Positions 41,844 through 50,589 of a stretch of 64,000 nucleotides of DNA are shown piece by piece; within the stretch, counting starts at the first letter, position 1, and every line of letters starts with the position of its first letter. Below the pieces are notes generated by a model. It did not search any database. It worked only from the letters and a program-made list of their open reading frames with translations, and was not told the DNA's origin. Source of the DNA: Bacteroidia bacterium (GTDB lineage: Bacteria; Bacteroidota; Bacteroidia; AKYH767-A; OLB10); the NCBI GenBank assembly GCA_020847635.1, contig JADLBQ010000019.1:7686-71685 (forward strand), read 5' to 3'. The position numbers were made by a program, and so were the translations under genes.

Positions 41844-42877
41844 TATTTCACCAGCTCATTAATTCGTTTCAGCCCAAGAAGAGGTAACTTATAACCTGGT
41901 CGTTGCTGAAGTGCTTTCTCATAATCTTCTTTTGCTGCAGCAATATTTCCGAGGGTCTCATAACAAAGTCCACGGCTATAATAAGCTTCCGGATAATCGG
42001 GGGCAACTGCAATTGCATCATTATAATGTTTGATAGCCTGGTCATAGACTTTCAAAAAAGTGTAATGAATATAACCTAAGTTATAATGTGCATGCTGATT
42101 ACGAGGATTTAGTTTAAGAATCTGTGTATAATCCTGAATAGCTCTATCCAGCTCATTATGTTCCTGGTAAAACAGGGCTCTCCCATAAAGAGCCTCCTCA
42201 CTATCAGGTCGGATCCGGATTGCATTTGTAAAAAACTCTACACAAACCTGATTATTTTTATAAGAGTACAATAATCCCAGCTGCATATTAGCATCATAAT
42301 AATCACGATTATTTTCAAGTGCCAGCTGAAATGATTTAATTGACTTGGCCGTATCCCCGGCTTCTTTGAGATCCATCCCCCGAATAAAATAGGCCAGTGC
42401 ATTGCCGGGTTCAATTCTAAGCATCTCAGATGTGTGTTTGAGTGATTCGTTGTATTTCTTTAACAGAAAATAAATTTCAGCCAGTTTACTATGTGCCTTG
42501 AGGTTTTCCGGATTGAGTTCAACCGCTTTTTCCAGTGAGTTCTGAGAATAAACAATCCGGCTCGCTGATAAATAAATATCTGCCAAAAGCAGATAATAGT
42601 CAGCCTTTGAGCTGTCGATGGCAATTGCTTTAAGCATATCTTTGTTGGCATCATCAATTCGTTTTTTCCTGAAGTAAATCGAAGCCCGCTGAAAGTATAA
42701 ATCTGCATTTTTAGGTGAACCTGCAATCATAGCATCCAATTCAGACAGTTTTTTACCTGTTTCAGTCGTGTCGGTAGCAGTCACTGGAGCTTTTGTCTCG
42801 TTACCAGGCTTGTTTCCATTACATGATAACAAAATAGCCAGGCTGAAGAAGAAGGCAAAATGAGTGACAGATTTCAT
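41843..42877 (-). CDS. Tetratricopeptide-repeat lipoprotein
   Basis: 344 aa with a lipoprotein signal (..LAILLSCNGNK). It has multiple TPR units (A..Y...A..Y......Y..A...Y..A....P). Its stop overlaps the lptF/G ATG by 1 nt. Confidence 0.75.
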   Translation of the reverse strand: MKSVTHFAFFFSLAILLSCNGNKPGNETKAPVTATDTTETGKKLSELDAMIAGSPKNADLYFQRASIYFRKKRIDDANKDMLKAIAIDSSKADYYLLLADIYLSASRIVYSQNSLEKAVELNPENLKAHSKLAEIYFLLKKYNESLKHTSEMLRIEPGNALAYFIRGMDLKEAGDTAKSIKSFQLALENNRDYYDANMQLGLLYSYKNNQVCVEFFTNAIRIRPDSEEALYGRALFYQEHNELDRAIQDYTQILKLNPRNQHAHYNLGYIHYTFLKVYDQAIKHYNDAIAVAPDYPEAYYSRGLCYETLGNIAAAKEDYEKALQQRPGYKLPLLGLKRINELVK

Positions 42878-43107
42878 GGAAGATGAATTAATCGGCTGTG
42901 AAGGTAGAAAGTTCTTCAGTTATCTACCATCTGAATAATTGAAAATTATAAGGATCTAAGGATTGAAGAATGTAAATAGGCGGCACCAAGATCATTCAGG
43001 AAAATTCAGAAATAGATCTATTTTAACCTTTCGCAGCCCTGATCAGATGCTGAACGATCAACAGGGATTTTCATAAGTGAATATCCTTACTTTTATTTGC
43101 GTGCTGT

Positions 43108-44298
43108 ATGATTTCTGTTGAAAAAGCGAAAGCCCTGATTCTAAAAAATAGGGAAGTGCTAGGAGCTTCGAAACAACCGGTTGCTGATGCACAAGGTTGT
43201 GTGCTTGCAGAAAATATAAAAGCACCTGTTCATTTACCACCGTTCAATCAGTCTGCCATGGATGGCTATGCTGTTATCTGCTCAGATATTGAGAACAAGA
43301 AAAGAATAAAAGTAATTGGCAAAGTGGCAGCTGGGAAAGTCTTTAACCGTAAGATAAAATCTGGAGAGGCGGTACGTATTTTTACGGGAGCTCCTGTTCC
43401 TGCAGGAGCAGATGCTGTTATCATGCAGGAAAAAGTTACTTTTCAAAATGGTTATCTTATTGCCGGAGAAGTTCCATTAAAATTTGAAAATATCCGTAAA
43501 GCAGGATCGCAAATTAAGCAAGGAACGACAGCAATAAGTAAAGGCGTTGTGCTTACTCCCGGAAGCATAGGTTACCTTACCGCAATGGGAATCACTTCAG
43601 TAAATATTTTTACTGCACCACGGATAACAGTAATTATAACCGGCAGCGAGTTAAAGAAACCCGGAACTAAACTGAGGAGCGGACAAATTTATGAGTCTAA
43701 CTCCTATACGCTTGCAGCCGTTTTGAAGAGTATTGGAATACCAAAGGCAAAAATTATTTCCATACCTGACGATGAGTTGAAAACTGAACAGGCTTTGCAG
43801 AGAGCACTCACACATTCGGATATGATTCTGCTCACGGGCGGTATTTCTGTTGGCGATTACGATTTTGTTGGCAAGGCATTACAGAAATTACGTGTGAAAA
43901 ATATTTTTTACAAGATAAAGCAAAAGCCGGGTAAACCGCTGTTCTTCGGTAAGTATAACGAAACTCTTATTTTCGGATTGCCCGGAAATCCTGCTGCCGT
44001 GCTGAGTTGCTTTTACGAATATGTTTATCCTGCAATCAGGCTTATGCAAGGACATAAACAACCTTTTCTGAGAGTCGTATTTTTGCCTTTGCTGACTTCC
44101 TATCCCAAAAAGCCCGGACTTTCCTTTTTCCTTAAGGGGAAAATTGCCGCTCAAGGGGTAACACCCCTGACCGGACAGGAATCATATATTCTTCGTTCGT
44201 TTTCTGAAGCTGATTGCCTGATTTATCTTCCGGCAGAAACCGGTTATGTCAAAAAGGGAACAACAGTAGAGGTACACCTGCTGCCGGGATTGTATTAA
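43108..44298 (+). CDS. moeA: Molybdopterin molybdotransferase
   Basis: 396 aa. Motifs seen: PPFNQSAMDGYAV, GGISVGDYDF, GLPGNPAA. Confidence 0.9.
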   Translation: MISVEKAKALILKNREVLGASKQPVADAQGCVLAENIKAPVHLPPFNQSAMDGYAVICSDIENKKRIKVIGKVAAGKVFNRKIKSGEAVRIFTGAPVPAGADAVIMQEKVTFQNGYLIAGEVPLKFENIRKAGSQIKQGTTAISKGVVLTPGSIGYLTAMGITSVNIFTAPRITVIITGSELKKPGTKLRSGQIYESNSYTLAAVLKSIGIPKAKIISIPDDELKTEQALQRALTHSDMILLTGGISVGDYDFVGKALQKLRVKNIFYKIKQKPGKPLFFGKYNETLIFGLPGNPAAVLSCFYEYVYPAIRLMQGHKQPFLRVVFLPLLTSYPKKPGLSFFLKGKIAAQGVTPLTGQESYILRSFSEADCLIYLPAETGYVKKGTTVEVHLLPGLY

Positions 44299-44395
44299 TA
44301 TGGTTTATATCTGAAGTTGTTTTATACTAACCATTCTTAAACTTAAATTTGAAGCCTTTAAAATAAAAACACACCTTTAATCATCTGAAATAAAT

Positions 44396-45556
44396 ATGCA
44401 TAAAAGAATTCTTGATAAACTCATTTGCCCGAATTCAGGTACAACCGATTTAAAATTATATAGTGTGGAATTGACACGGCAGGATAAATCAGTAACAAAT
44501 TTGCAAGATGAAAATATTTTTCCGGATGATGATGTGAAGTCAGGAATAATTTATTCCTCAGACAAAAAATATGTATATGTTATTTGCGAATACATTCCTG
44601 TTTTATTAAATGATACTGATCAGGATCTGAATCACCTGAATAGCATAGTAACATTATTAAAAGACGATCTTCCCTCTGAATTGGCAGATGCGTTGCAGAA
44701 CACAAGCAACAGAATTGCTGCACAACACACTTCAGCAGATGGTGATTGGAATAGAGAAGAAATGAAATACTATGATGCAGCTGTAGATACAGAGAAGCAG
44801 AGAATAGATATGCTGAAATCTATTAAGACAGATAATCTCTGGAGGATATTCATTCCTCGTAAGCAAAAGATGATCAGGTTTCTTGAAAAAAACTGCAACG
44901 GTAAATGGATTTTTGAAATAGGATGTGGTAATGCCCGTACTATATCACGTATTTTCAATCCTGCAGAATATTCCTATAACTACATCGGTACTGATATCTC
45001 CTTCAAGAGACTGATAGTAGCTAAAATGGCCATACCCGGATCGGATTTTATTCAGGCAAGTGCTCTCAATATTCCGGTTAAAGATAACTTTTTTGATGCT
45101 GCCATCAGCTTTGGAATGTTACACCATCTGCCCCGTCCTACCGAAGCCATGAACGAAGTTGACAAGAAATTGAAGCATGAAGGTATTTTCACCTTGCATG
45201 AACCGGTATATACTTCGCGACAGTTTACAGAAAAACAAACTGCTGTTGTTCGGAAATTATTCAGAACATACGAACATAGCGATCATGACAATAAAATCAA
45301 TCTGAAGGAAACAACTGATACATTAGAAAAGTTGAATTATCAGATTCTTAATATATCGCCTTATAACTCACTTTTCAGAGTGGTTTACGAGGCTTTCATG
45401 AATCGTGTGTATAAATCATGGGATCGTAATGAGAGATTGACAAAAGCGGTGCTTGCCATTGACAATATCCTCTTGAACACGGTAGTGAAGCTTTCCAACA
45501 AACTTGGACCTCAGGCCATCACTATTACATCGGCAAAGAAGAATCAAACGAAATAA
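44396..45556 (+). CDS. Class I SAM-dependent methyltransferase with N-terminal Trm112-like segment
   Basis: 386 aa. SAM motif I is FEIGCGNARTI, with the post-I/II motif DAAISFGMLHHL. The N-terminal ILDKLICPNSG..L resembles Trm112-type modules (tentative). Confidence 0.65.
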   Translation: MHKRILDKLICPNSGTTDLKLYSVELTRQDKSVTNLQDENIFPDDDVKSGIIYSSDKKYVYVICEYIPVLLNDTDQDLNHLNSIVTLLKDDLPSELADALQNTSNRIAAQHTSADGDWNREEMKYYDAAVDTEKQRIDMLKSIKTDNLWRIFIPRKQKMIRFLEKNCNGKWIFEIGCGNARTISRIFNPAEYSYNYIGTDISFKRLIVAKMAIPGSDFIQASALNIPVKDNFFDAAISFGMLHHLPRPTEAMNEVDKKLKHEGIFTLHEPVYTSRQFTEKQTAVVRKLFRTYEHSDHDNKINLKETTDTLEKLNYQILNISPYNSLFRVVYEAFMNRVYKSWDRNERLTKAVLAIDNILLNTVVKLSNKLGPQAITITSAKKNQTK

Positions 45557-45630
45557 CTCATAATGACTAACTGGTAAAAAGCTGATTTCATCAGAAAATA
45601 TTTTAAAACCAGCCACCAGAGTATAGGAGA

Positions 45631-45818
45631 CAGGATTTTGATTTTCATTATTTCATCAGCTCATTAATTCGTTACAACCCCAGACGTTGTACCACATAAC
45701 CGGATCGTTGCTGAAGCTGATTGACTGATTTATATACCGTTTGAAACTGGTTATATCAAAAAAGGAACAACGGTAGAAGTGTATCCGTTGCCGGGTTTGT
45801 ATTAATATGATTTATATC
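45631..45818. repeat. Chimeric degenerate duplicate: (lptF/G start + TPR gene 3' end) fused to (moeA 3' end)
   Basis: 45631-45716 aligns without gaps to 41826-41911 (74/86 identical by hand count). 45711-45818 aligns without gaps to 44204-44311 (90/108). The two pieces join at a shared hexamer ctgaag. Both gene fragments carry premature stops (aaa>taa in the TPR fragment, tgc>tga in the moeA fragment). Confidence 0.85.
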
Positions 45819-46150
45819 ATTATTTCAAAAAAATAATCTCTGTTTTTTTACAGCCGTATTATTTGTTCCCTGCATATTAGAGAACAACATCAGGATGTAT
45901 GAGATTATTCAGCAAATTAATAATTGATATAAATTATAAAAATCAAAGAATGAATCAGAACTATAAATCTTTTCAGAGCTCAGAATAAAATCAGGCAGTA
46001 ACAGTTTGAATTTTTTTTGATAGCCGTTATGCCTATAAAAACATAACGCACATTCCTCTGAAATTCATTTGTAAGATTTATTGAAAGATTCCACTCTTAT
46101 GCAGTCAACCACATAGCTGAGAACAACAAAAAGGAATAAAAATAAATTAT

Positions 46151-48163
46151 ATGAAACTACACTTAACTCTCGTTGCTTTTCTGATACCCATTCTGACTTT
46201 ATCTCAAAAGCCGGAGGCATCCTCTTCTTCAGGTGATACTACAACATTAAGAAAGAATGTTTTTAAGCTCGGAGAAGTCACCATCACTGCGCGACATTAT
46301 GAAAAATTCTCCGACCAAATCAGCAAAAAAGAAATGGATGAACAGAATAAAATGGAGGTATCCCGTTCGATAAATATGTTATCGGGAGTAACTCTTACTG
46401 CTTCCGGTCAGCGAAACGAATCAATGGTTTCGGTAAGAGGGTTTGATTTGCGTGCTGTTCCTGTGTATATGGATGGCATTCCTGTTTATGTTCCTTATGA
46501 CGGTTATGTGGATTTAGCGCGTTTTACCACTTTTGATTTATCGGTGATTGATGTCTCAAAGGGGTTTTCTTCAATGTTGTATGGACCCAACTCATTAGGT
46601 GGAGCCATTAACCTCATATCATTGAAACCCGTTCAGAAAATTGAATACAACGGGTCTCTCGGTATGATCAATACCAATGGTTACAGAGGTAATGTGAATA
46701 TCGGCTCCAACTTAGGCAAAGTTTATATACAGGGAGGATTTTCTTATCTGCATCGCAATTCTTTTGTTCTGTCTAATAACTTTAAGCCACAGGCACATGA
46801 AAATGGCGGTGAGCGTGAAAATTCATTCCGCACCGATCACAAACTAAATCTTAAAGTTGGATGGACACCAAAGCAAAATCAGGAATATGTTTTGGGATAT
46901 ATCAATCAGCAGGGCGAAAAAGGAATTCCTGTTTATGCAGGTGATGACACACTGAATTCACTGCTTAAGAAACCACGTTATTGGCAAACTCCTTACTGGA
47001 ATAAAGAAACATTTTATTTTCTGTCAAACACTCAAATCAATGCTAAGAACTTTATTAAAAGCAGAATTTATTACGATATTTTCAAAAATGCATTTTACAG
47101 CTATGACGACTCAACTTATACCACTCAAAACAAACCTTACGCATTTCAAAGTTTTTACAATGATTATACCTATGGTGGCATTGTGGAATATGGCACCACA
47201 CTTATTCCGAAGAACGAGATTAAATTTTCTGTTCAGTATAAAACCGATGTTCACCGCGAAAACAATGTTGACGAACCTGTTAAACGTTTAGAAGATAACA
47301 CCATCAGCTTTGCTGCTGAAGATAATATCAGGATAAATAATCACCTTTTGATTGTTCCGGGAATAAGTTACGATATAAGAAAAAATATACAGGCAGATGA
47401 TTATAACAAAACCACAGATGAAATAACAGCATTTGAATCTGCTCCTGCCAAAGCTGCGTTCAATGCGCAGCTGGGAATATTTTATACCATGAATGATCAT
47501 CGGATTGGATTAAGTGTTTCGCATAAAACACGATTTGCCACCATCAAAGACCGTTACTCTTACCGAATGGGAACAGCCATTCCCAACCCGGAATTAAATC
47601 CTGAGTCAGCCAATAACTTTGAACTCAACTACACTGCGCACTTTACTGATAAAGTAAAATTAAAAACTGCTGTGTTTTACAGCAACATCAATGATATCAG
47701 TACCAGCATCAGCAATGTTGAGCCCGGAAAATCGCAAATGCAAAATGCAGGGAAAGCCGAAATAACAGGCGCAGAAGCTGATATAGGTTACCACGTTTTA
47801 AAAGATTTACTGCTCGGAGTAAATTACACTTACATTGAGAAACACAACCTTGCCAATCCTGAAATTTATATTACCGACATTCCCAAGTCCAAATTCTTTG
47901 GATATGTTCAGTATTCTCCCATCAAACAATTTAGCATTTTATGCAGTGGCGAATACAATTCATCCCGATACAGCACCAGTTACGGAACTTCCACAGCCGG
48001 TTTTGCTTTGTTCAACACCATTGTTGATGTGCGTGTTTGGAAATTTGCAAGTGTGGAAGCAGGTGTGAACAATGTTTTCGATAAGAATTATTCGTTGGTT
48101 GAAGGTTACCCCGAAGAAGGACGAAATTTTTTTGTAACACTTAAATTCTTTAATACAAAATGA
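46151..48163 (+). CDS. TonB-dependent outer-membrane receptor (small, BtuB/siderophore-receptor size class)
   Basis: 670 aa with a signal peptide. Plug-domain blocks: LGEVTITA, MLSGVTL...SVRGF, VYMDGIPVY. A beta-barrel with alternating aromatic pattern ends ..FFVTLKFFNTK. Its stop overlaps the next gene's ATG (ATGA at 48160-48163). Confidence 0.8.
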   Translation: MKLHLTLVAFLIPILTLSQKPEASSSSGDTTTLRKNVFKLGEVTITARHYEKFSDQISKKEMDEQNKMEVSRSINMLSGVTLTASGQRNESMVSVRGFDLRAVPVYMDGIPVYVPYDGYVDLARFTTFDLSVIDVSKGFSSMLYGPNSLGGAINLISLKPVQKIEYNGSLGMINTNGYRGNVNIGSNLGKVYIQGGFSYLHRNSFVLSNNFKPQAHENGGERENSFRTDHKLNLKVGWTPKQNQEYVLGYINQQGEKGIPVYAGDDTLNSLLKKPRYWQTPYWNKETFYFLSNTQINAKNFIKSRIYYDIFKNAFYSYDDSTYTTQNKPYAFQSFYNDYTYGGIVEYGTTLIPKNEIKFSVQYKTDVHRENNVDEPVKRLEDNTISFAAEDNIRINNHLLIVPGISYDIRKNIQADDYNKTTDEITAFESAPAKAAFNAQLGIFYTMNDHRIGLSVSHKTRFATIKDRYSYRMGTAIPNPELNPESANNFELNYTAHFTDKVKLKTAVFYSNINDISTSISNVEPGKSQMQNAGKAEITGAEADIGYHVLKDLLLGVNYTYIEKHNLANPEIYITDIPKSKFFGYVQYSPIKQFSILCSGEYNSSRYSTSYGTSTAGFALFNTIVDVRVWKFASVEAGVNNVFDKNYSLVEGYPEEGRNFFVTLKFFNTK

Positions 48164-48783
48164 AAAATATAAAAACACTTGCTCATTTAATTCTAATTAC
48201 TGCTGTTGCTTTTAACCTGACCATGTGCAACACAAGCCATGGAGATAAACGCAACAAAGCATCTGACACAACTATGGCCGCAGGATCTTTTAAAAATACG
48301 GATGCCTGCCTTGTGTCGGTGTCGGCAGAAGACAGTGCGAAATACATCAGCAAAAAGATTATTGTGAAGGGAGATGTTGAGCAACCGCTAACACTTACGG
48401 TAGATTCATTGAAAAAAATGAATGTGACGACAATTGAAAACTTTGTAGTTGTATGTCAGAGCGGTGCACGCATGAAAGAAGATAAAAGCTGCAAAGGCGT
48501 GTTGCTGAAAGACATTCTTGAAAAAGCAAAAATAAAACAGCAGGGACATAAGGATCGCAACTTTTATATTGTTGCAAGAGCAACAGATAATTACAAAGCT
48601 ACTTTTTCGTGGGGCGAAATTTTCAATAATCCAACCGGTGAAAATGTGTATGTGCTATTTGAAGAAAATGGTAAGCCCATCCAATCACAGGGCGACATGA
48701 TTCTGATTTCAAAAAACGACATCAAAACCGGACCACGCCATGTGTATTGGCTCAAAAGCATTGAAGTAAATCGTATAGAGTAA
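48160..48783 (+). CDS. Small lipoprotein with sulfite-oxidase-fold (molybdopterin-binding oxidoreductase-like) domain
   Basis: 207 aa with signal/lipobox ..AVAFNLTMC. Blocks resemble the Oxidored_molyb domain: VVCQSGARM (compare ECAGNRR with the Mo-ligand Cys), KGVLLKDIL, ATDNY, LFEENGKPI, PRHVYWLKSIEV. Confidence 0.5.
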   Translation: MKNIKTLAHLILITAVAFNLTMCNTSHGDKRNKASDTTMAAGSFKNTDACLVSVSAEDSAKYISKKIIVKGDVEQPLTLTVDSLKKMNVTTIENFVVVCQSGARMKEDKSCKGVLLKDILEKAKIKQQGHKDRNFYIVARATDNYKATFSWGEIFNNPTGENVYVLFEENGKPIQSQGDMILISKNDIKTGPRHVYWLKSIEVNRIE

Positions 48784-48799
48784 TGATTGAAGTGCATAC

Positions 48800-48817
48800 T
48801 TGAAATTTCTATTTCAA
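48800..48817. promoter_or_regulatory. Perfect 7-N4-7 palindrome TTGAAAT-TTCT-ATTTCAA upstream of the ModE-like gene
   Basis: It lies 17 nt after the lipoprotein stop and 82 nt before the ModE-like ATG. It could be an operator or a weak AT-rich terminator stem. Confidence 0.25.
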
Positions 48818-48898
48818 TTCTTCTTTCCGGCAGATGTGATTTAAGTCATACTTAGGAAGAATGCCGTTTTTTACTTTTACGATTTATTATAAAAAAGT

Positions 48899-49231
48899 AT
48901 GTTCACTATTAAAGGAACCATTTGGATTGAAAGTAAAAAAGGAGCTTTTCTGGGAAGCGGAAGAGTGTTGTTGTTAGAGAATATTAAAAAACATGGCTCC
49001 ATCACCACGGCTGCCAAAGCCATGAAAATGTCATACCGACAGGCATGGGAGCTGGTGAACTCAATGAACAAACAATCCAAATGGCCTTTGGTCGTTACAG
49101 CTTCAGGTGGTGCAGGAGGAGGCGGAACTGTTCTTACAAAAGAAGGTGAAAAAGCAATTTCCACTTTCAGAAAACTGCAGGAAAAATTTCATGCTTTTAA
49201 TGAGAAGGAGAGCAATAAACTAAAACTCTGA
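48899..49231 (+). CDS. ModE N-terminal-domain-type winged-helix regulator (no Mop/molbindin domains)
   Basis: 110 aa. GSITTAAKAMKMSYRQAWELVNSMN...VVTASGGAGGGGTVLTKEGEKAI parallels E. coli ModE GSISQGAKDAGISYKSAWDAINEMN...VERATGGKGGGGAVLTRYGQRLI. Confidence 0.75.
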   Translation: MFTIKGTIWIESKKGAFLGSGRVLLLENIKKHGSITTAAKAMKMSYRQAWELVNSMNKQSKWPLVVTASGGAGGGGTVLTKEGEKAISTFRKLQEKFHAFNEKESNKLKL

Positions 49232-49272
49232 TTTTTTTATTTGGCGTTATGGTATAAAATATATTACGGAGT

Positions 49273-50022
49273 ATGATTGATCAGTATCTTATTTGGGTTT
49301 TTATTCCACTGCTTTTTATTGTGGCATTTTTGTATGCTTCTATTGGCCATGGCGGTGCCAGCGGTTATCTGGCGTTGATGGCGCTTTTTGGTTTTCAACC
49401 CGAAGTAATGAAAGGTTCTGCATTGTTGCTGAATGTATTTGTATCTTTTATCTCCTTCTGGCAATATCGCAAAGGCGGACATTTCAGGTGGCAGTTATTC
49501 GTTCCGTTTATCATTACATCCATTCCGGCATCATTCATTGGTGCTTACTTAACCGTTGATGCTTTGGTTTACAAACGAATTCTTGGACTGCTTTTAATTT
49601 TTCCAATCCTCCGATTGTTTGGACTGATAGGAAAAGAAAGCGATCAGATTAAAGAGTTGAATAAAGTGATTGCTTTGATTACCGGTGCGGTTATCGGATT
49701 GCTCTCAGGCATGATTGGTATTGGCGGAGGAATTATTTTAAGTCCGGTAATTCTGTTGCTGCATTGGGGTAATATGAAACAAACGGCAGCGGTATCGGCA
49801 CTGTTTATTTTTGTGAATTCAATTTCTGGTCTGGCAGGACTTTACTCCAAAGGAATTGTTATGGATAATCAGGTTTACCTCTGGTTGCTGGTAGCCATCA
49901 GCGGAGGATTTGCCGGAGCGTATCTTGCAAGAAAAAAATTCAACAACAGGGTGCTTAAATCCATTCTTGCAACCGTATTGCTGATTGCCAGCATTAAACT
50001 GTTAACCGTTAGTGGCAAATGA
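49273..50022 (+). CDS. TauE/SafE (DUF81) family anion permease
   Basis: 249 aa with about 7-8 TM helices. It has duplicated G-rich motifs (IGHGGASGYLALMALFG; GIGGGIILSPVILLL). Its stop overlaps the mobA ATG (ATGA at 50019-50022). Confidence 0.7.
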   Translation: MIDQYLIWVFIPLLFIVAFLYASIGHGGASGYLALMALFGFQPEVMKGSALLLNVFVSFISFWQYRKGGHFRWQLFVPFIITSIPASFIGAYLTVDALVYKRILGLLLIFPILRLFGLIGKESDQIKELNKVIALITGAVIGLLSGMIGIGGGIILSPVILLLHWGNMKQTAAVSALFIFVNSISGLAGLYSKGIVMDNQVYLWLLVAISGGFAGAYLARKKFNNRVLKSILATVLLIASIKLLTVSGK

Positions 50023-50585
50023 AAAATTGTGTAACAGGAATTCTGTTGGCCGGTGGCAAAAGTTCGCGCATGGGAACAGATAAAGGAATGGTGATGCTGA
50101 ACGGGAAAAAACTTGCAGCGCATATTCTGGATGCAATGAAACCGGTAGTGGATTACCTGATTATTATTGCAAACAACAAAAATTATGATGCATTCGGTTA
50201 TTCTGTTTTCGGTGATGTGGTAAAAGACTGCGGGCCCATGGGTGGAATTTACACAGGACTGATAAACAGCAATACGAGAAAAAATTTAGTGCTGAGTTGC
50301 GACATGCCGTATGTGACTACCCAAATGTTGACATTTATACTTGCACATGCAGAAGAGGCAGAAATTATTTTACCTTCCGTTGAAGGAAATCCGGAACCAC
50401 TTTGTGCAGTTTATGATCAAACTTGCGCTGAAAAATTCAGAATGTTGATTGATAAAAGAGAATTAAAAATGCAGGATGCACTAAGACACTTTAAAACAAA
50501 AGAGTTGCCATTAACAAAAGAAGAAGCAGGAAATAATTTTATAAATATAAACACCTTTCAACAGTTAAACGCACAAAACACATAG
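50019..50585 (+). CDS. mobA: Molybdenum cofactor guanylyltransferase
   Basis: 188 aa. Motif GILLAGGKSSRMGTDKG. Confidence 0.85.
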   Translation: MKNCVTGILLAGGKSSRMGTDKGMVMLNGKKLAAHILDAMKPVVDYLIIIANNKNYDAFGYSVFGDVVKDCGPMGGIYTGLINSNTRKNLVLSCDMPYVTTQMLTFILAHAEEAEIILPSVEGNPEPLCAVYDQTCAEKFRMLIDKRELKMQDALRHFKTKELPLTKEEAGNNFININTFQQLNAQNT

Positions 50586-50589
50586 CAAC

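Noticed and set aside
45631-45818. The 188-nt element as a MITE/IS fragment or dispersed repeat.
   Set aside because: It has no terminal inverted repeats. It aligns collinearly to two unique gene ends elsewhere in the window rather than to a repeated family. It is reported as a duplication relic instead.
45924-45946. TTGAT...ATCAA inverted repeat as an FNR site.
   Set aside because: The half-sites are perfect, but the spacer is 13 nt rather than 4, which is incompatible with FNR/CRP dimer geometry.
45819-46150. Moco or cobalamin riboswitch upstream of the TonB-dependent receptor.
   Set aside because: I could not find the conserved cores I remember for either class, for example a GCCACTG-type B12 box or the GC-rich Moco junction sequences. 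The region is very AT-rich. A covariance-model scan is still needed to be sure.
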